Shown here piece by piece: positions 56,701 through 64,000 of a DNA stretch of 64,000 nt (position 1 is its first letter; every line of letters starts with the position of its first letter). The translations under genes were made by a program, and so were the position numbers. The notes under the pieces were generated by a model, which saw only the letters and a list, made by a program, of their open reading frames with translations, was not told where the DNA came from and did no database searches. Source of the stretch: Lama guanicoe (taxonomy: Eukaryota); contig MU054323.1 in assembly GCA_013239625.1 (NCBI GenBank), forward strand, positions 15,938,029 to 16,002,028, in the 5' to 3' direction.

Positions 56701-56823
56701 CTAATACGTGTTTCGTTTCTTTTCCTCTGTAACATTATTCCACTCCTTCAAAGTCTTCAGTATTTCGGATGTGTCAGGTCGTTTCTTGGGTTCTTTTGAG
56801 AGTAATTTCTGTAGAAGATCTTT
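56701..56823 (-). CDS. EIF2AK2: EIF2AK2 last coding exon to TAG stop
   Basis: ttacag|AAA...TAT TAG; 123 nt; KDLLQKLLSKEPKKRPDTSEILKTLKEWNNVTEEKKRNTY*. Confidence 0.94.
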   Translation of the reverse strand, partial: KDLLQKLLSKEPKKRPDTSEILKTLKEWNNVTEEKKRNTY

Positions 56824-56901
56824 CTGTAATGACAGTGAGAGTCAATACTAAGAAATAAAACATTTCAATAAATAAAATTCCGATGATTTTTAAGGGCTTA
56901 C

Positions 56902-56955
56902 TTCTTTGTTGTCAAATACGTCTAAGAAAATGCCAGCTCTTAGTTTGTCAAATAT
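56902..56955 (-). CDS. EIF2AK2: EIF2AK2 penultimate exon
   Basis: ttttag|ATA...GAA|gtaagc; 54 nt; IFDKLRAGIFLDVFDNKE; followed by a 78-nt intron. Confidence 0.93.
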
Positions 56956-58031
56956 CTAAAAATTAAACATATATACACTCATTAGGAAGTTATATACTTT
57001 GGAGGGGAAAAAAAGCAAACTGAGAAAGCACTAAAGGCTGGGGATACCCTAAATTGAGGTTATTTCTAGATCATCGGGAAATTTCTGTAGCCAAGAAGCA
57101 AGCAGGAATCCTCTCCCCCACCCACCCTGTGTAATAACCATCCTGAACATTACAGCATGTTGAAGTGTTAGGAGCATCATATGAATTGTCTTCCTTCATT
57201 CTTTTTGGAACCCTCTGCAATAAGTATTTTCATTATCCCTGTTTCATAGAGGAAGAGGCTGTCAACTCCAGGCAAGCCCCTTTTACTGAGCTTCAGATTA
57301 GGATATCCAGTTGCCTGAAGCCTTTCATGACTCCCCACTGCCTCCCCAAGAAAGTGCATATTCTTGCCTTAGTTTAGCTGCAGTATAGCTTTCCAGTAAC
57401 ACCAGCCATCACTTCCTTGACTTATACCCTCCAATGAAAATGACACTGCCAGCTATTCCCAAACACACTCTTCACATTCCTGTCTCCATGCTAGCATCCC
57501 CATCTTTCAAACTTGGACTATTAGAAGCCAACTGATTCTTCAGAGCCCAATTTAAATGCCTCCCATTAACCTAAATCCCTCCATCTGGCAAGACCTCCCT
57601 CATAGCTGCTTTCATAAGCCTTCATGCCTTCTCCTAAAACATTTATGGCATTCTCTTATATTATCTTCCCTTTTAGAATGTAAGCTCCTTGAGAACAAGG
57701 CTTATTCATTTTCAAAACGCTTGGAGTGCTTGGCATGGGGTCTTAGGCAAAGCAGGCAATCCAGTAAATTTTACACACTGATTCAAATAGGAAGAAACAA
57801 CTACAATTTTATGAGATGTACACACTTCCCAATGAAGACCAAAGTTTTTGATCTTTAACAAAAAGTTTTGGTTGCTCAAACTTGAAAGAGATAAAAATTC
57901 CTATTTCATTGGCATACAACACTCATAGGCTCCCGCCCATTCTCACAGGAGAGCAATGGCTGTCTGCAGCAACACTTGGACATGATGGCCAATAATTTTT
58001 GCTGCTTAATTCTTTCTGTGAGATTATTTAC

Positions 58032-58133
58032 CTTCACTGTTTCCGAAAAAGTGGGACATATATAAAGAAGTTCTGCAAGAATAAGCCCCAAAGGAAAGAT
58101 ATCCACTTCATTTCCATAGTCTTCTGAAGAATC
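58032..58133 (-). CDS. EIF2AK2: EIF2AK2 exon (subdomain IX / start of helix alphaG)
   Basis: cttcag|GAT...AAG|gtaaat; 102 nt; [34 protein letters not shown]. Confidence 0.95.
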
Positions 58134-58479
58134 CTGAAGAAAATCAAAATATAGTCACACTTGTGACTCAACTGATGTAAATATTCATGCCATCTGAGGC
58201 CAAAAAGTCATCTAACCAAAATACATCACACAACAATGTATGTTTATGAGCAAGATATGTAGTCTGAATGGCCAGCTTCAAATCTCTGTCACTGAGTAGT
58301 TGTATCATCTGCGTAACTAACCATCAGTGTGGGAATAATCTCAACCATAAAATGGAAGTAACAGTTTTAACCTGAGTTTGACTGTTTGGCTAAATGAGAC
58401 GCAGCAGGTAAAGCAGTTAAAATCATGCCCAGTAAATGACTTGCATGCAAATATTCTTATCAGATTTAGTCATCATATT

Positions 58480-59890
58480 CCACAACGGGAAGCAATCCCA
58501 ATGTCCGTCAGCAGGAGAAGGGATGATTATTAAGTGCCTTCACAATGTTGTGTAACCATCACCACTACCTATTTCCAGAGCTTTTTCATCATTTCAAACA
58601 GACAATGTACCCATTACATAACATCTTCCCATTCCTCCTTCCCCCCAGCCCCTAGTAACCTCTGTTCTACTTTTTGTCTTTGTGAATTTTCCTTAAAATA
58701 TTATTTTAAGTAATCAACTCTTTGATACATGGGGATGAAGTAACTGTATAACCACATGGGAAAATCAAGTTATATCCCTTCTTCACATATATATACAAAA
58801 ATTAATTCAACTAAAGTATCAGCAAAAACACAAAATGTTTTTATAGTCTTATGGTAGGAAGGATCTCCAAAATAAAAATGATTAACCTAGAAGCTATAAA
58901 GAAATATTGATAAACGTGACAACTTAAAAGCTTCTATGCCACCTTATAAATGAAGAAATAAAAAGTGATAAGGAGAAAAATTGTGACATAATTAACAGAT
59001 ACCTCATCAATACCCCAAATATATAAAGATTCTTTACAAATAAATTAGAAAAAGATAACTTAATTAAGAAAAATAAGGAAAGGTATGAATACAGAATTTG
59101 CAGAAAAATTTTAAGTTAATACATGTAACAATGACCTACCTTACTAAAAACCTGGAAAATGCAAACTAAAAAAGCAAGCTACACTTCACTCATCTCACTG
59201 ACCTGTCTGGTAATACCCTAGTCCGACTGAGAGTATGAGGGAGGAAGCAGCGTTCTCATACACTTCAGCAGGAGAGCAATCACTTCTTTTGAATGACAGT
59301 TTCACCATTTATCAGCTTTGAAGTGCATCTGTCATTCTAATCAATAATTTCATTTCAAAGAATCTATCATTGATTATCATAGAAATATTTATTTTTAGAC
59401 CCAAAGATTAGGGGGAAGACACATGACGCGTCTGTAAAAATAAAGCATTGGAAACAACCTAAATAAACGCCCATCAATAAGGAAGTAGTTAAATGAGTTG
59501 TGGTATATCTATACTTTGGCATACAATAAGGTTGTTAAAAAGAATGTGTCAGGTCTATCTGTACAGATTTGGAAACATTATGATATCTTGTTGAGTTAGA
59601 AAAATCAAGTCACAAAATAACATTATAGCATCCTTATAAAAATGTACTTATGTATATTTTTATGTAAAGAAAGTCTCTGTAAATATCTATTTGTGTCTGT
59701 ATATTCTTTTTTTTTTTTTGTATATTCTTTATAACTCACAGAAACTGATCTAAAAGGATAAGCCACAAACTATAGTAAGAAGAGCAGGAATCGAAGAAAA
59801 GGTTAAGGATACTTTTTCATTTTTATTCAATTTACTTCTGTACTGTTTTAATTTCATGAGAGGTGTCTATTATTTTTATAGTTAAGAAAA
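58480..59890. mobile_element. Old L1 fragments in an EIF2AK2 intron
   Basis: ttgtgtaaccatcaccact...cccagcccctagtaacc (antisense 3' end) and ttggaaacaacctaaat...ccatcaata (sense). Confidence 0.7.
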
Positions 59891-59936
59891 TGAAAGCGGT
59901 AAAATAATATATAAGCAGAAAGGAAGGGGATCTCAC

Positions 59937-60065
59937 CTGTTCTGGGCTCATGTATCGCTTAGTTCCCTTTTCAGTTGTCCGCATGTTATCATTTTTCAGG
60001 GATGTTACAAGTCCAAAGTCTCCAATCTTTATTTGGTTTGTATCTACTAAAAATATGTTACTTGG
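59937..60065 (-). CDS. EIF2AK2: EIF2AK2 exon (DFG and activation loop)
   Basis: ctgtag|CCA...CAG|gtgaga; 129 nt; [43 protein letters not shown]. Confidence 0.96.
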
Positions 60066-63000
60066 CTACAGAAAAAAAAATTGATTTTTAAGTACCAATT
60101 CACTGTCATCACTTATCACCAAATCATACTTAGTAACAGTTATTTTTATATTTATGTATTTTTATGTTTACCTTACACAGGTAGCCCAAAACAGGAAATT
60201 TAATATTATCAGTCTTTAAAATGCTAGCCAAGGAAGTAAGGAATTTTTAGCTGACAGCAGAGAAGGCTTGGGGCAAAGCTGCCTTCAAATATCTGAAGAT
60301 AAGTGGAAGGTGGCTTCACTCTGCATGGTCTCAGGATCCAGGACTCGAGGGTGAAAAGGACCACACGATTTGCTATTAAATATCCCAGTATACTAATCGT
60401 GTGGTCCAAAGAATGGGAGTTAGAGAGTTCCCCATTCCAGGAAGTGTTCAAGACAGGGCTAGATGCCCACTTGGTGGAAACGTTGCAAATACGAGTCCAG
60501 GATTTTATGGGGATTGAAGTAGACACCCTTAAGATCCCTTCCAATTTTGAAATTCTCAGAGTGAAGCTATTCCCAGTAATGCTGCAGAATGTCCTGTGCA
60601 GAATTTCCTCTCGGAGTTTCCTTTACGTCCATTTCTCCAGGCCTCTGACAACTTCCTCAAAAAAACACCCCCTCTGTACTTGAAGGCAAACCAAGTTAAC
60701 TGGGAGCTAGTAACCAGGACTGAAATATTTTTCCCTATGTAATTCTTCAAGCAGAGTGAAAAAAGTAAAGAACAGAAAGAGGGGAATTCATCTTACTATG
60801 AAACTTTGTAGGAGGTATTGACCCATATTCTAAAGACTCTGAAAACAGGAAGGTTGCTAATGAGGAAATTAATATTTTGCCATCCTCGAAAAAGGCTATA
60901 TTCAATGCAATGTTGAGCTATACACACACATGCACTCAGACTCTAGGAGACAGCACTTACGAGGGTCTAGAAAAGTAATTAAAAGAGAAGAGACTATAAG
61001 CCGAAGCAGGCTGAACGAGGAGCTTGCAAGAACCACCCCATGGAGAAATCAGCAGTTCAATCAGAACCGACGGTTAGACTGGAACCAACTGCCAGTAACA
61101 CAGATAGATGGAAAGCTGTTGCGGGGTGTGGGGTGGAGAGAAACCGTGCCTCTGCAGTATTCACGTCACAGTGTAGGAATCTGTCTGGTTTGCAAGTGCA
61201 CACAAGGTTACAAGCTGACTCTGAGAAACAGGAGGTTGCACTTACGATACTGTCTAAACATATAAGATGGACAGGACTGTCTGGTAAAAACATTAGCTTG
61301 CTTGTTTATCGTCATTAAAAAGAAAAAGGAAAACAGTGATGTCGTATTTTGTCTAATCAGTTAAGGTGTCATTAGGCAAAATGTTGGGTGGTAGAGCTTA
61401 AAAAAGAGTGCAAACTTTATACAGGAAGTACAGGAATAATGGCTAATGCCCGGGCAGAGGCTGACCAAGGAGCCTGGGCCTTGGGGGACTGCACTTCCTC
61501 AGACAGTAAGCCCTCACTTCAGAAACCTCTGTATTCCTCACCAGCATCTTTGGTCTAGTTCTTAAGACTCTGACAGAAAGCAGTAAATGGTGGTTGATTT
61601 GGCAGACCGTTCTCTGCCAAAGCACCATGAAATAAAGTGTGTGCCTTTGCTTGTATCTTCCCTCAGATAGGAGAAAGTAGTAACTGTAACAGTGAAGCTA
61701 GAAAAGTTGTAGAAGATGAAAAAAAGGCTCAGTTGTATTAAAGTGTGACCTCCGAGCACCAGCAGACATAGAGCAAACATTATCTGCAAACAGACACAGA
61801 AGACTCGGGATACGGGAGGGAGCTGGCCGACCAGGCGGTGGGAGAAGGGTGTCCCCTCCACACCTATTAGAACTTCACTAACTCATCCTGAGGAGGACCT
61901 GGGAGGTCATACCCAAACCTCTGCATAAGCAGAGGAGATGATTGTGTAAATAGATAATTTATTTGCAAATGATTGTATAAATAGATAATTGTGCCTTATT
62001 TCTTCTTTAACTCTATATTTGAATTATTTCAAAGTGAAGGTACGGTCATTCTAAGTATGCCATTTTGAGCATAGTCCTTTCATCATTCCAACTTCAAAGA
62101 ACACCTTCAGATACTGTTAAAAAGAGATATTGGAACCAGGTGGACTCCAACATGAAGGCATCAAGACGTCTAGCCCCTAGACAGACCAAGGATGTGATAC
62201 CTCTCAAGGGCCATTTTTTCCTACGTAGGAACAATAAACAACCATGTACAGGGGTGCCTGTTTTTCTCAAAGAACTTTTTGTTTGTTTCTCAATCCTGGC
62301 TGTTTTAGAAAGGTAGGGTAAGCAGACAGCCAAGGTCCATTCAGACAAAGTGCTCCTAGCTGATCCAGAGTGATCAGGAAAGACACATAAAGAATTCGGG
62401 ACCAGAGGGGACAGGCAGAAGAGTGTCCCACGCAAGAACAGGGGCACAGGTTTGGTGACAGGATTCAGCTTGGCCAGTTTGTAATGAGAGAAGGCATGTC
62501 ACAGGGAGTGGGGCGTGGAGGACAGACTGGAGAGCTCTTCTGTCTCTCTCCTTTCATTCTGAGGAGGAAATGGGAAAACTGCTCTTCCAGACCACGGAAG
62601 AAGCTGGGAACCAGAAGAAAATGAAAATATGAAGCTATGCTCCGTGTTCCAAAGTCTGGATTATCGCAATTTTCCCATCATGGGGCAGAGATGTCTAACC
62701 AAATGCCAAAAAATTCTAGACTCTGGACCCAGTAATGACTGCTCTCAAGAGTAATGACTGAAAGATTAAGAGAAACATGTTCCCAAAACCCCAGTCACTA
62801 GCACCCCTTCTGCCTCTCAGACAAGCCTGAGTGGCAGTAGAGGCAGAGACAGAGTGGCCAACTGGCTGTGTCAGCCATAATAATTATCCGCATGGAAATG
62901 TTCCATGTACTAAAGCTGTTAGTGTTTACAACTGGGGCGTGACTATCGGCCAGCATGACAAACAGGACCAGAAGTGAATGAGCTGCTTCCTACAGCACTC

Positions 63001-63195
63001 AGGATCTCACAGTTCACTTAGCCCTGGAGATTTTCTGAGTGGTTCTGCAGACTGGCATCTGGGGCAGGTTGTAGATATATCCTAACCTTAGAGGATCAGA
63101 CATGTTACTTCCTCATGACTATTGATTCTAAAATCAGATTTCTAAATTAATAAATTATATTTATCAATTTCTAACAAAGCACATTTTCTACTTAC

Positions 63196-63376
63196 CTTAA
63201 GGTCTCTATGAATTAACTGATTTGAATGTATATAGTGCACTCCTGCTGTTATTTTTTCAAAGAATTCCAAAGCCAAACGTTTGTTTGGTTTCTTGCCTCT
63301 TCTACTGTCAATCCATTGCTCCAATGTCCCTTTATCACAGTATTCCATTTGGATGAAAAGGCACCTAGTCTTTGAT
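63196..63376 (-). CDS. EIF2AK2: EIF2AK2 exon (subdomains V-VIb, HRD)
   Basis: acccag|A...AAG|gtaagt; 181 nt; [60 protein letters not shown]. Confidence 0.96.
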
Positions 63377-64000
63377 CTGGGTATAAAATTCACATTATGT
63401 TAGAAGTAGCAATATAAATAAATTTATAAAAAATACACTTAAAAATACATTAAAAAATTACACCTTCTTAAAAATGCCAAAACGTCTCACAACAGAAATC
63501 TAAAGATAATAAACTTGAATCAAAACATAATAGACCATTTTTTATTTAAACCTTAAGTTATCCAAAGCTTTATTCATTTAGCTAGGTTATAAAGTAAGAG
63601 CCTACCCATTATTTAATGCCAAAGGTCCTTGATTATCTTTGCTAATGGGAACAGGAGTATAAATACAATGGAATTGCAGAAAACCGAATTTCATTATTGT
63701 ATACAGTAATTTTAAAACATTTTAATTGACCATAGCTTTACTGAGTATCTATTTTGTGAAAGCCACAGAATAGGCACCTAATGATAAGAAAATGAATTAG
63801 ATACTATCCTTGCTGTCATGAGGATTATATATAGTTTAACAGGAGAGAGATAAAGGAAAAACAAACCTAAAACAATAGTACAAGGATAGGAACCCCAAGA
63901 GAAGTGCCGACAAACTGCTATGTGGTCTAACAGGGAGGACTGATTCTGCTAACCATGGTGGTTGCTTTTTTTTCTGAACTAAGCTGGCTTCAATATTAAT

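Larger units (their letters stand above)
56701..64000 (-). other. EIF2AK2: EIF2AK2 (PKR) gene, 3' coding part; continues beyond the right edge, 3' UTR extends left of 56701
   Basis: Five in-frame exons encoding the eIF2alpha-kinase C-lobe: [32 protein letters not shown], GTx[18 protein letters not shown]-type sequence and conserved synteny. Confidence 0.96.

Noticed and set aside
56707..56725. ISRE-like GAAAAGAAACGAAAC in the last EIF2AK2 exon
   Set aside because: Spacing is off-consensus and it is explained by EKKRN codons.
60224..62447. Cluster of 60-126 aa ORFs in an EIF2AK2 intron
   Set aside because: Mutually overlapping on both strands, many starting at non-ATG codons, with no recognisable homology or splice-consistent exon chain.

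Overview
This is mammalian genomic DNA, AT-rich and repeat-dense, carrying the HEATR5B - GPATCH11 (CCDC75) - EIF2AK2 (PKR) gene cluster. HEATR5B is on the minus strand: exon 1 is non-coding and coding exons 2-19 give 952 in-frame codons, continuing off the left edge. It shares a bidirectional CpG-island promoter (~37.9-38.8 kb) with GPATCH11, which is complete on the plus strand (8 coding exons, 262 aa). EIF2AK2 enters from the right on the minus strand; only its last five kinase-domain exons and 3' region are present, tail-to-tail with GPATCH11. Every exon was hand-checked for GT-AG boundaries and frame continuity. Six tRNA-Ala(AGC)-derived SINE copies suggest a camelid genome (Vic-1-like SINE); this is an inference. 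The rest is L1, L2, MIR, MaLR LTR and hAT/Tigger DNA-transposon remnants, with subfamily calls made from memory. I see no new gene or prokaryote-style system. The best leads are: (i) an inverted SINE pair with a 40-bp perfect duplex downstream of the PKR stop codon, which could place a PKR-activating dsRNA in PKR's own long 3' UTR; (ii) convergent poly(A) signals where GPATCH11 and EIF2AK2 may meet; (iii) an out-of-frame overlapping uORF in GPATCH11; and (iv) divergent residues at the PKR eIF2alpha/K3L interface.
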